A DNA stretch of 48,130 nucleotides, the filler included, from Jimgerdemannia flammicorona (taxonomy: Eukaryota): the NCBI GenBank assembly GCA_003990765.1. It is 2 parts of 2 records of this genome, joined end to end, with 100 filler letters (N's around TTAATTAATTAA, not from the genome) between each part and the next. Parts side by side here need not be neighbours in the genome. Positions count along the whole stretch, not along the records: positions 1 to 24,017 come from RBNJ01001032.1; 1 more part is not named here. One strand, given 5' to 3'. Of the stretch, positions 1 to 11,806 are shown in pieces. Each line of letters opens with the position of its first letter. Position 1 is the stretch's first letter. Below the pieces are notes generated by a model. The model worked only from the letters and a program-made list of their open reading frames with translations. It did no database searches and was not told the origin of the DNA. The position numbers were made by a program, and so were the translations under genes.

Positions 1-1164
1 TTTTAACAGACTCAATGTCTTTTGGAAGGGAACCTAGACTATATAGGCCAAAACTCTCCCCCACCACCTATCAAGCACTGCCCCCCTATTAACCTAGGCT
101 AGCTATTGTCCAGCAGCTCAACCATGCTAGGCACAGCAGGGCCTATATTGGCCCACACCTCATTCTGCATACCATGCTCTCTCTACCACTAGGGAGAACT
201 CAGCCATATACCAATGATCGAAAACACATGCCTGAGACTCCAATGTATATATAAGGCCATACCTGAGCCAAATAGAATAGCCCCTGCCACTTCAAAGAGA
301 ATGACAGATAAAGAAAAAACTCTCATCAAAGTACAACATGGTGAGTAGGACCTGGTTCTCTCAATTGAGATGAGTAAAGAATTTATATATAAGGTGAGAA
401 GAGACTCCCAATACTCTACTACTCAAGCTTGTAGGTCTTGATCACATTGCCATATCAGCTCTTAGTTCCAGTTGAGTATAGCCAAGACATCTGAAATGGG
501 TAGCCTCAGACCCTCTGACCCCCCCTAATGACTAGAGCCCAATCTGCCAAATCACCAAAAGAAGTCAAAAGTGATATCTACTATCTAACTATACTGCACC
601 AATCAAAAAACCCCACTGAAGCAGCACCCGCCCCAGCCCCAATAACTGCCCCCAGCCTAGCACCCTACTGGCTCACTGTTATTGCCCTTTCTCTTATCTG
701 TAATGGCTATCTCTCCTCCCATCTTGATAACACCCAAAAAGCAGTCACTTATATCAGAACTGTACTCGCCAGAAAGCTTGCCAAAGCCAGAAGACTCCAC
801 CACAGATACTGAGGACCTATGTAATTTACACTGAACACTTGATGCCCAAGGTCAGCCAACTTCCTATATAGCCTAAGACATATTAAGACAGCACCTTGTT
901 GGTGACAGTAAAAGAAAGAAGGCATCATACCAAAATAGATATACTCTAGATATAGCCAAAGATACCAGAAACCATGAAAAAGTAGAGAAGACACTGATCT
1001 GATACCAATAAAGGGGTAACTCATCACCATTGCCTCTCTCCTACTGCTCTACAACAGGTATAACAAACTAACCCAAGATAGAGGGGGTAATAATTGTGGA
1101 AAGTAGACCTAGAAGGTTGTCTACCAAACTATTATGACCAGTAAGATAGTGGAGAAAGGGGCTG
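1..1164 (-). mobile_element. SINE-like non-autonomous retroelement, copy 1 (poly-A end cut by the window edge)
   Basis: Colinear with copies at 3557-4743, 17927-19121 and 27982-29137 (shared ...ttggaagggaacctagactatataggccaaaa... and terminal ...gtaagatagtggagaaaggggctg). It ends at the same point as the other copies and abuts the last codons of the Fanzor2 relic. Confidence 0.85.
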
Positions 1165-2598
1165 AGAACCAAGGCTCCATCAAGCAATACCTACAAGAAG
1201 ATCCCATGGGCTCTATTCTCATTCCTATCCATCACTATGCTATATCTTCAGCAATTGTATACCTCAGACCCTCCTATCATCTATATGTTTCCACACCAGC
1301 TACAGGTCTTTGATGTATAGGCTTCATTTTGGACAATAACATGGATACACAGCTTCTCTGCCTTGGAGATCAGATATTAATGAAAATAAAAGTACCTCCA
1401 TTGGAGCATCTGATAAACTATGCAAGATCTAATCTTCCTTGTCTTGTAGTTAACCATCTGAGATACCTCAAATAGAGATATGACAATGACATCAAACTCA
1501 CATATGAAGAATGCAACTATCTTCTTATAAATCTCAGATTGAAGACATAAGAGTCCTCATTATATATAGGCTGCTACTATATTGAGTTGCTGAGCTTTTT
1601 TCTGCTTATGCTTCAAGTTGAATGATGCTAATTTATCTTTCTTAGAAATGAGGTTGTTCATATGTTAGTAGAGGCAAATGATATGTCCAATATCATACTG
1701 TCCAATTTTGTCTACACCTTTGTAGGAGAGTACCAAGTAAATAGTATACAAATACTTAGATCAATAGCAAAGCATGAATATCAACTTGGGTTTTGTAGAC
1801 CTACTTTTATATCTCATAAATTCAGGAAAATGTCTAATCACCAGTCTTCTATGAATATGTTAGCTTGCAATTACTTGTAATTTTGTATAGTAATGGCTAT
1901 TTATTGTTCTTGTACTTCTTCTCAAAATGAAAAGACCAGAGTATATATTGGTCTTCATGTGTTGAAATGAGAGACTTGTGATGTTTAGAGTATAATAATA
2001 TATTATAAATATATAAATATAAAATATAAAAGCAATCTCAGGGATTCTTTGCAAAATTCTAAGTATAGATAATGATAGTCTGATCTGATTCCTTATGAGT
2101 TCAAAAGGATAGATGATGTGCTGGAGTTTCTGATATATACTGCATGTTGTACTTAATGTTCTCATCTCTTATTACTAATATCTTGTCAATAGCTTCATCA
2201 GGAATATTGGCAGGTACTTGTCTGAAACAACCTCAAAGTAGTATCTCGATATGAACAACTATCCTACAGAACTTATGCTTACTCCAGACTGCTGTCTTCT
2301 GAAGTTTGGTATTCTCCTAGTCATCTCCATCTTTCCCAGATCTCACATCATTATAGAGCTAGTATTTTTCCTATATAGGCTATACCTTGACCCATATTTA
2401 TTATGCTGGTCTGATCTGATAATTCTTGCTATAATATTAGTGATGACAATTTCAGTTAATAATAATATTAAAGGCAAATCTTGCCAAACCCAGCCATTAC
2501 TTGAGAAGCTTCTTCTGAGGGTGATTTGGATAAATCTTGACCTTTAATATATAATTGAAAATATCTTTTGAGCACTGTTACTTATTGTATACTATCAT
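1165..2598 (-). pseudogene. Fanzor2/TnpB RNA-guided nuclease, degenerate (many stops, small frameshifts)
   Basis: Manual minus-strand translation gives ILKVKIYPNHPQKKLLK*WLGLARFAFN (TnpB N-terminal motif, about 2467-2552), QVPANIPDEAI and LSF*THKESDQTI. RuvC-I relic AIDLSICILFTWYSP (cf. AIDPGxRT) lies at about 1725-1768. Further on come RuvC-II FDVIVISLFEVSQMV, zinc finger NEAYTSKTCSWCG...VYNC*RY, and RuvC-III MDRNENRAHGIFL (cf. DRDxNGARxI). Start is approximate. Confidence 0.9.
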
Positions 2599-3244
2599 TG
2601 CCTTTGGTTTTGTTATGTATTTTTTGCACCTTATAGCACTCTTGTTAATAATAAGCAGCTTGTCTTCTCTGTATGTAACAGATGAAGATAGTATTGATAA
2701 CAAAGATATCCTCAGTGAGCTCCTGCTCATCAGAGGTCAACTCATTGAAGAGAACCATGAGTTTTGTAGAATAGAAGAAGAATATATGTTGGATGAGATT
2801 GAAGGAAAAACAACAGAATCAGTCTTAGTGGATAACTACAATCTTTAAGACAATTTCTCTACTTATGTATTCTAATAGAGTCTTAAGCCCTGGGCACTTG
2901 AAGTTAACACTAGAGCTGATATTACTGAGAAGCTCATAATTCAGGAATCAGGAGTGGAGGAGTTCCTTCTATCACTCAAGGTTGTCTTTTTGTTTGGTAC
3001 TTGATATATATATATAGAGATACTCTTTCAGAGAGAGAAAGGAGGAGGAGATAGAGGCAGAGACAGAGGCAGAGGTATTGCCAACATCATCAGAGATTAA
3101 TTCAGGAAAAAGGGAAGAAATGTCATAGAGGTGAATATCAGAGGGGGATATCTTGGCAGTAATCTTTTCTTGTTTGAGCCAGTGGCATAAGGTGTCTGAT
3201 GATACCCTAAGCTTCTTGGTTGCCTGATATGCAGACAGATGCAT
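2582..3244 (-). pseudogene. tnpA: IS607-family TnpA serine recombinase, degenerate (221 codons in one frame with internal stops)
   Basis: MHLSAYQATKKLRVSSDTLCHWLKQEKITAKISPSDIHLYD matches the MerR-like HTH. It is followed by YIYISSTKQKDNLE**, SNISSSVNFKCPGLKTLL (cf. DIGSGLNFKRxGL), IVVIH*D*FCCFSF (cf. VVxHxDRLxRFGF) and EQELTEDIFVINTIFICYIQRR. The stops are explained by CGA>TGA and CAG>TAG type transitions. Confidence 0.9.
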
Positions 3245-3556
3245 ATGAAGAGAAAAGGAATAAGAATGTCTATTTGCACAATGGTATACATACAATGTTT
3301 ACTTATATGTACTCACCTAGCCCTCTTAGTCAGATCTTCATTAAATGCAAAGAAAGGTAGACTTTGTTTCTTGTGACTTGTTAAGTATTATTAAGTAGAA
3401 TTATCATCAAGTATTCCTAAGTAACCAATTTCAATAGTTGGCACTAGTCATATGAACCTCCAAATTGGGAACATTTAAGCAACCTAAAAAACTTTCTTCA
3501 ATAAAATAAAAACTTATAAAAGTCAAAATTTGCCCATATGTTACATATGAATTACT

Positions 3557-4743
3557 TTTTTTTTTTTTATTTAACGGACTCTATGTCCCACGGATTTTTA
3601 TTGGAAGGGAACCTAGACTATATAGGCCAAAACCCTCCCCCACCACCCATCAAGCACTGCCCCCCCCATTAACCTAGGCTAGCTATTGTCCAGCAGCTCG
3701 ACCATGCCAGGTGTAGCAGGGCAAAGTAGCCCATACCTCATTCTACACACCATACTCTCCCTACCACTAGGGGAAACTCAGCCATATGCCAACAACCGAA
3801 AGTGCATGCCTGAGAACCCAATATATGTACAAGGTCATGCCCAAGCTGAATAGAATAGCCTCTGCCACCCCAAAAAGGATGACAGGCAAAGAAAAAACCC
3901 TCATCAAAGTACAATACGGTGAGTAGGGCCTGGTTCTCCCAGTTGAGGTGAGTAGAGGACTTATACGTGAGGTGGGAGAAGACCCCCAATACCCCACTAC
4001 TCAAGCCTGTGGGCCTTGATCATATTGCCATATCAGCTTCCAGTTCCAGTTGAGTGCAGTCAAGATGCCTGAAATGGGTAGCCTTGGGCCCCCCGACCCC
4101 CTCTGACGACCGGGGCCTAACCCCACGAATCGCCAAAAGAAGCCAAGAGTGACACCTACCACCTAACCACACCGCACCAATCAAAAGGCCCCACTGAAGT
4201 AGTACCCGCCCCAGCCCCGACAACCACCCCTAGCCTGGCACCCTACTGGTTCACTGTAATCACCCTTCCTCCTATCTGTGATGGCCATCTCTCCTCCCAT
4301 CCTGACATCACCCAAAAAACAGTCACCTATGCCAGAACCATGTTTGCCAAGAAGCTTGCCAAAGCCAGAGGGCCCCACCACAGACACCGAGGACCTACAG
4401 GTAATCTATACTGAGTACTTGATGCCCAAGATCGACTGACTCCCTATGTAGTCCAAGATACACCAAGACAACTCCTTGTTGGCGATGGCAAAAGGAAGAA
4501 GGTGCCGCACCAAAATGGGTATACCCCAGATGTAGCTGAAGGCACCAGAATCCATGAAAAAGTAGAAGAAGTACCAATCTGACACCGATAAAGGGGCAAC
4601 TCATCACTATTGCCCTCCTCTCACTATGCTCCTACAGGCATAGCAAACCAACCCAAGGTAGAGGGAGTAATATTAAGGAAAAGGGGACTTGGAAGGTTGC
4701 CTACCAAACCTTGTGACCAGTAAGGTAGCGGAGAAAGGAGCTG
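3557..4743 (-). mobile_element. SINE-like non-autonomous retroelement, copy 2
   Basis: Poly-T at the left end (poly-A on the minus strand, preceded by AATAAA). Exact 15-bp TSD tacatatgaattact at 3542-3556 and 4744-4758. Confidence 0.9.
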
Positions 4744-5949
4744 TACATATGAATTACTGCCTTTGTTATAGAGTTGGGTTTTCATATGGTCGATTTGGTA
4801 TCGTCACCATCCCTGTGATGCACTTTATGCTTAAAGTGATGCTTGTCTGATAACCTACTTCTCCAGTCTTGGAATCTGTGGGTCTGTCTGCTTTTATTAT
4901 CATAAACTACGTAAAGGTCACCACATAAATATTATGGAAGGGCCTCCAGGATGTGTGTAGAACTGTTTGGCTTGTGTAGAGTTCTAAGGACCAACCAGTC
5001 AGTCCAACACATCTGAATCAACCCCAGCAACATGCTGGTAATTCACAACTTGGTTCAAAAGTGGTAACTGCAATCTGAGTTGGTGATTGAAAATGGTATG
5101 CAATAAGGACTAGGTTGTCTAATATGAGATTTCGAATAGGCAAATGTCACAAATTATTAAGTCATTTTAATTATCCTGGTAAACAATAATGAAACAAGAG
5201 ATATTATTCTTGAAAATTATGTTCAAAATAGTCCCAGAAGCGACCATACTTCATAGTGGCAGCTGCAATACCAATCTCTTTGTATTTTAAATATTGAATC
5301 TGCTAAAACCACATTCTCTCATAAATATTCGCAAGCACCGATCTGTGTTGAGGAACCATAATAATATTAAGAAAATACTAATACAAATAAGGTCTACGAC
5401 CAAATAGAATCTTGTCATGATGGATGAGACTGCTACGATGGAGATTTTCCAAAACGTCTGTTGGGATTTTTACTAGAGGTGGGGGATTGTTTATTGAGTA
5501 AATAATGATGACGTCACCATTGATCAGACAAGCCACTTGTGCATATTTCAACAATGTCGATAGTCTGGATCCAATACGCTTGGTGAACTGTCGACAGCGA
5601 TCATTGGCGTGATATTTCCGGCTTGAACGCTTTCACCACAAGAGTTGTGCAATTCTTTTTTTGGACTGCTGGTTGCACCTGCTCCGACGAACTCCATCTT
5701 TGAAAGTTCGTCGAATTATTCTATTGTCATATTGGGTGCTAATTATATGACCGTACTATTCTGACTACTCTTCCTTTCTACCATTTCGATAATTCCGTCC
5801 GCTCTCTACGCCTGTGCCATATTATTGGCCTCATTTTACGATTCCAGCATAACTATACTGATTCTGACAATACAATAGAGTCTAATGTCTGGTAGCGTGT
5901 CGCGCTTAGCTCCACGTGCAGTGGCTGATAATTAATTGTTCCAAACGTA

Positions 5950-7240
5950 TTCAGCCTCCCCCGCGTCGCATGACCTGCCTCCCGCGCCACACAATCTACC
6001 CGTCTACAATGCCACCCGCCGCTTGAAAGAACGCTCATTAATGAAAGTGTACCGTATCAGCTGGGAATCGGTAATATTAGTTAAAGGGGCTTGGCACACC
6101 TTGACTCCCAGCCCCGGCGTGCTCTACAACTGGAACTCCACAGACCCCTCCACCTCCCATGACTGTGTTTCTGACCACAACACCAACGACTTCCCTCCCC
6201 AGCGACCTCTTCGACCCCTCCTCCTTCCACACACCTCTCCCTCGCCGATGCAACCACGGGTGGTGCCATGTTCACAAACCTAGACCACCTCATTGAAGAA
6301 ACAGACGAGACTCTTGCCATAACCCTGCCCCGCCAGAAATAACTGCTCTACTGCAGTCTTCCGTCCAACTCGTGCGTCATGCTCCAATAGCCACAACCAG
6401 CACAACTGTTCTAGTCCCGCATCAAGACAGGTTCTTGCCTGCATCCCGCGACACCTTTCTTTCCCCTCCTGCATTCGATATAGGCGTTTGACCTCAGGCG
6501 CCCCGGCGAACTCACATCGTCGCAAGTACCTGTTCGACGATGGTGCGCTGGACTCCGGAAAGGGAGGGAAGAGAGAGGAAGTGTTGCGCTGGCGACATGG
6601 GTGTCCAGTTTTTGAGGCCTGGAAGAATGTTTTATGGGAACCAGAACCTTATGAGCAAGCCGAGCCGGCAAGGGAGAGAGGGGTAAAAGGGATGGAGGGA
6701 GAAAGGGAGGGCAAGGAGGAAGGACGAGGAATGGAAAGTTAAGGTTGTATGTATTGCGTGACATATATTGGTTTGTTGTGTGTCGGGTGAGATGGCAGAA
6801 CATGACCTCTATTATATTCTTATTCATTCCCTTATGCCATTCAATCACTCATGCGCAAGACAATTCACAAGGTTAACTATCGCAATTGCACCGTCATCAG
6901 GCTGATAGAGGCATTCAACGTCACTGCCACCGACAACACTGTCATCACGTCCTTTTACGAGTTGAGGCTTTGGACGTGTCGTGGTATGTGTGGTTAGATG
7001 GACTGTGGTGATTTCGCTTGGTGCGGGACTCAGTATTATTATTTCCCTCTTCTTCTCGATGACTGTTTTTACTTCTTCCTGAAACTTCTGTCTTATCTAT
7101 ATCATCCTTCTTTCCTGCTATGCCGCAGATTGTCAACTCCAACCACATCCTGTGGTCCAACAACTGGGAGGCAGATAGGGAGACACACGAAGTACTGGAA
7201 GCTATTAGACCTGTTTGCGGAGATGGATGATCGACGAATG
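5950..7240 (+). other. Possible spliced gene or pseudogene remnant, product unknown
   Basis: CpG-retaining, GC-richer segment with exon-like pieces bounded by AG/GT, e.g. about 6901-6983 (LIEAFNVTATDNTVITSFYELRLWTCR, then GTATGT) and about 7129-7230. I could not assemble a complete model or recognise a family. Confidence 0.25.
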
Positions 7241-7354
7241 TGTTGGAGTAGGATGGGTTCCATGGTGAAATGCTGAGGTGATTTTCTTACATTTGTGAAA
7301 TATTGTTTTCTCATTTGAAATTTTGTTATTTCTTTTAGGTGTTAAGTGTGGTGC

Positions 7355-7410
<56 letters not shown>

Positions 7411-7741
7411 GGAGGACGGTATCTCTCTCCTCCGCTTATTAGTCGAGGTAGAATCGGGCAAGTTCGTGTCCGTTTATGTTTGTCTTATAGCGGAGGCAAG
7501 GGCGTCATCGAGTTGTTGGGAAAGAGTGGGTAGGGTTCGCCAGATCGGATGTCATTTAGGAGAATGAGTAAAGTTTGTGGTTCACGAGGAAATTTTTGTG
7601 ACTCGCTAGCACTATGGCAACCAGCACACATGTGTGATGTGTGATTTAGAAATTCGAACACGTTACCTTTGTTTAACAAATATTCATCACATAATGCATG
7701 TACTACAACATATTCACAAACGACTATGTTCTCTGGAAAGT

Positions 7742-10700
7742 TCAACGACTCCCGCATCCAACGAACACAAAGGGCGCCCATAATTCAGGCTCCGAACGGC
7801 ATTCTTCCATTACCGTCAACATTGCACGCTGCAAAGCGGTCGCATAATCCATCTCACGGTCAAAAAGCACGACCTTCCAATATTCCACCATGATCTTCTT
7901 AGACCAGAGGTCACTCACATTCCAAAGTGATACGACAACCCGAGGTACTCCAGCGTCGCGAAACGCCTTAGTGAACCCATTTACTCCCTCCATCGTGTTC
8001 CATCCTTTGCCAGTACCACAGGCGCTGAGAACGACCTGCTTGACATTGCTGAGGGGTAGGTTGCATATTTCCTTGGCCCATAATAGATCTTGAAATGGTT
8101 TGAATTCTTGGACGCTATGTTTTTCGGGGCTCAACACAAGAGCTCCCCTGAGCGTGTTACCCTCACCAATGGGTTCGAACACGTCCAGGCTGTCGACGGT
8201 GCCATGGCATGCAAAATGTACGTAATCCGCGGAGATAATGGATTCCACCACCATGGTTTTTGTTGCGGTCGCTCTTGTGAGCAGGACATTCGACGAGGTG
8301 ACCGATGCCTGCTGATCGGAAGACTTGGATGAAGCCAAGGAGAAGAGGCCGTGCACCATCATGGCTTCGATCTCAGCGTGGTGGAGATTGTCGTATCGGA
8401 GAGGGAATTTGAATTCGTGGTATGGCGGGATGATAGGGTTACCCACAACCAAGGAACGGAGAATCGTTTGTGCTGGCGGTTGTGACATCGCCTGACGTAT
8501 CGTCTGATGCAGGGACTTTAGAGACGTAGAAATGGAAACGGCATATCTCTCCAACAAGTATTGATTCTTGGGCTTATCGAACAAGGCCGCGAAGGGGACT
8601 GTAGCGAGATTTCCCGAGGGGACGATAATTAGTCGTTTCGATAGCCGTCCTCCTTCCGATTGCAGGTATCCCTCAATAGGCCGGATGAGAACGTTGTACA
8701 GTTGACTCAGAGAGTTAAGGCAATCTTCCTTGTTATCATCGGCGGAACCGGAATTTCCTCTCAGGAGCGAATTTCCGAAGGAAAATATAACGCTCTGTAG
8801 CGTTTTTTTGAGTGTTTTCTGGACCTTAATAAATCGAAATTGAATTGGCTCGCCAGGTGATGGAGGGATAATCCAACAATGAAGCGGACTGTCGTGGTCA
8901 TCATACGTTCGGCTTCCTCCGCCCCAATAGACGACAATATAGGCCCCTTCGGATTGCGCGTCTTCTCGGTATTGTTGGATATGCGCGGCGTAGGAATTGA
9001 GAACGTCATCGGATTCACTATCTTTACCCAATGCCTCGAGATGCCGATATTTTTCGGAGAGAACCAGCGCCTCCTCTATTTGCTTTCGGTGAACCAAAAT
9101 ATCGACATGCAGTGATCCTATCACCGGGTTGGGGTACCAGCAACCAGACTCAAACAAAGATTTATCGAACTGTGCGTAGAGTCTCTTCTCGATAAACAAT
9201 CCTTTTTGCAAGACAGTGTCCACGAACGGTTGCGAGTAAAGCTTGCACCGGAGGATGGAGACAAGTGCCCTCCCGTATAAAATTCGTAACTCATCGTAAT
9301 CATTGGTGTCGGTTGACTCGGTGGCGACCGATAATATGTCAAGCCTCTCAGCCATCAACGACTTCCGCTTTGCCTCGGGTAACGCCGGCAATGCTTGTGA
9401 GATCATTTGAAAAAGAGCGACCTTGTTAATGCTGGATTGAATGTCTGTAATAAGATCACCCCTGTTTCCGAAGTTCACCGCGATTTCTTTTGCTTTGTCG
9501 TATTCCCCAATTGCAAAACCCACTGTCTCAAGTGTCTTCCGCAGATCCTGCCTTTGGAATTCCTGGTGAACGAGCTTGCTGTATATATTCCCCAGAGCTC
9601 TCCGCGTTCGAAATACTATTATAAAATGCAAAGGGTCGTCCAGCTCCAAACAGCACTCCAATACCTGACTATACCATCTGACTGCCTCGTCCCATCGTCC
9701 CAAACGAAGGCTTGCCTTCCCAAGGTTCATCAACGCCACCGGTCTGTGGCTGAGTCTCTCCGCTTCTGGCAACAACGAAACCGGGATTTTTTCGAGAGCA
9801 ATATAATGTTCATAAGACTCCCGAACATGCTCCAAGTTGTATTCGCATTCCGCCATACTTTTGAACAGATTGAACAAACAGATTTGCCGTGCTCTATCGT
9901 GGGTCGCTTCAGTTCCATTATTGCCTGCGGGTTCATCAAGCATAGTTTCCATTTGTTCATTGTCTTGGTTGAACCATTCCAAGACTTGGCGGAAGGTCTC
10001 CAAAGCTTTCTCAAAATTGCCAAGGACGTGTTGTGATTCTCCAACGTTAAAGTAAAGTTCCCCTGCCCGCCCAGGTAGACCACAACCCACCATAAGGGCT
10101 TTGCCAAACTCCATAATCTTCGTCTCAATTGCGAAGTAAATGTGTAGGATATTGAGGGGACGATCCTTCATATCGATGAATGCAGTCTCCACTGTGGTGA
10201 TAAATCGATGAAGGTTGACAATTAATGTATCCTGCAAAGCTTCGCCCTCAAATAACTGCGATAATTCAACTGAACGGAGAAGCCTCTGGAGAGTATCAGC
10301 GAAATCCTGCATCGCGCTGCGCAGAGCAATTATGCACACGCTCTCCGCAGCCAAACGAGTTTGGAGTGAAATGTCAGCGTTTCCATCAAAGGAGGCGAGT
10401 GTGGTGTCAACGTCGTCCAGCCGAGATTTCAATTGCTCCAAGGCAGTGGCGCAGTTTACCGCAACCGAGTCCATTGTTGTTGCTTTCCTCGCTTCTTTCA
10501 CTTGATTGTAAATGCTCGTGTGCAAGTCGCGGGATTTCGTTTCTTCCGCTGTTGGTGGGAAATTCCAATAGAGCCATGCGCGATGCGGCATTTGTTCAGA
10601 TTGGGCGTCGTCTTGAAAGCTTTGTTTCACTGTTAAGGTTCGAGTATTTGTTATGGTCATGATTGAAGTGAAAGTATTAAACCTGACATAATCAACTAAT

Positions 10701-11330
10701 GCCACGTACCTTTTTCCACAGCCGCTCTGAATGTCTCCAACGAGCATTGGTTCATTATTGCTGCCAATTCGGTGGATTGTTGCGAAATAAATTCCGTCGG
10801 CCACCACGTCGATCTTAGTTGCGGAAACTGCTGTTTCAGCACTTCGCTATACGCTTCGCTATCCACAAATCCTGCGGCATGTCCACCGTCACTGGTCGAC
10901 GAAATTATGGGGTTTTGATCGTTTTGGATGCATTCTCGAAGCTTTCCCCAGTAGACTCTCATCTGGTGCCTACAGAGCAATTCGCCAGCCCATTGCACGA
11001 TCCAGTCGAGGATATCAACACCTTCGAGTTTTTGTTCAGCTGCGCGTTGTAGAGGAAAATCATCGCCGCAAGGCTTGCCTATTTCCCAAGGTGCGTTCCA
11101 ATATAATGTGTAATCTTCGAGGGCTTTCTCAATACCAAAAAGAAAAAGCGGACATAGTCATCGTGAGTGACTGAGTAACAGAGTGCATTCGCATCAGCTT
11201 GCACAGAACGCGTACCTGTCGGTTCAAACCCTAAGTGTCTAACAACTAAATTCTTGAGTTCAAGTGGTTCGAACGCGAAGGACGTTGGTTGAGGTTCCTC
11301 ACCATGTTCTTGATCTTGAAGCACGGACAT
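7742..11330 (-). CDS. TPR-CHAT (caspase-like clan CD cysteine protease), about 1135-1138 aa, 3 exons: 11330-11216, 11123(or 11114)-10710, 10629-7742
   Basis: CHAT motifs LIIVPSGNLATVPFAAL, YVHFACHG (catalytic His), VVLSACGTG (catalytic Cys), GVPRVVVSLWNVSD and WAPFVFVG. TPR-like repeats include GELYFNVGESQHVLGNFEKALETF and ALMNLGKASLRLGRWDEAVRWY. Two phase-1 GT-AG introns (GTACGC..AAG; GTACGT..TAACAG) join ORFs 11079-11369, 10696-10998 and 7742-10807 in frame. Confidence 0.92.
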
Positions 11331-11806
11331 TGCATTCACAATTCGATTTAAACCATGGACCCAGATCAATTTGGTTTTTAAGGCGATTACCCCATTGTCG
11401 TGCTATACCTGACCATTAATCATGTGCTCTTTTTGCTCCGCAGACATAAAGCATAAGCATGTTCACATGATAGGTATATAATTAGGGCGCACATTATTAG
11501 TATATAGGTTGACTAATATTTGCCCCACGGAGCGCAAACAAAGGGAGGTCTCACACGGCCTTAAAAAAACAAGCTTGGCCAATGAGTGTTGAGTGTAGTG
11601 TAGATAGTACTGGGTGTTTCCGAAAATCATTGTCGTCCGAAATCATGATCATTCGTCACAATTAACAACCGGTTTATGCTTAGCATTATCACTGCCAAAT
11701 TTGGAAAGATCAGATCACCAAAAGTAGGGTTTGTGTAATCAGAGTAGGTGATGGCAAGGAATGTAAAATCTGCGCGTTTATTCATCTTTCCTACTCACAA
11801 GCAATC
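11331..11806. promoter_or_regulatory. Putative bidirectional promoter between TPR-CHAT and the 300-aa gene
   Basis: 476-bp non-coding interval between two divergent start codons, with TATA-like tatataa/tatata near 11475-11505. Function is inferred from geometry only. Confidence 0.45.

Larger units (their letters stand above)
1165..3320 (-). mobile_element. IS607-type TnpA + Fanzor2 transposon relic
   Basis: tnpA is immediately followed by and slightly overlaps tnpB/Fanzor2 on the same strand, without introns, which is the canonical IS607 layout. The left end is placed only approximately. The right end and omega-RNA are displaced by the SINE-like insertion to beyond position 1. Confidence 0.8.

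Noticed and set aside
528..1030. Short ORFs recurring in the SINE-like copies (e.g. MVMSCPFIGV..., ...LAKARGPHHRY)
   Set aside because: They recur only because the repeat recurs. Stops and starts differ between copies and no domain motif is recognisable.
2251..2848. Plus-strand ORFs of 98 and 97 aa
   Set aside because: Antisense shadows of the decayed TnpA/Fanzor2 genes.
7358..7409. Long poly-T (also 27155-27188 poly-A and 32739-32771 poly-T) as retrocopy tails
   Set aside because: No TSD or associated element body found; likely simple homopolymers.
10630..10807. ORF-track N-terminus MVADGIYF... of the 1021-aa CHAT ORF
   Set aside because: It starts at GTG and reads through an out-of-frame exon and an intron; the spliced model from ATG 11330 is more coherent.
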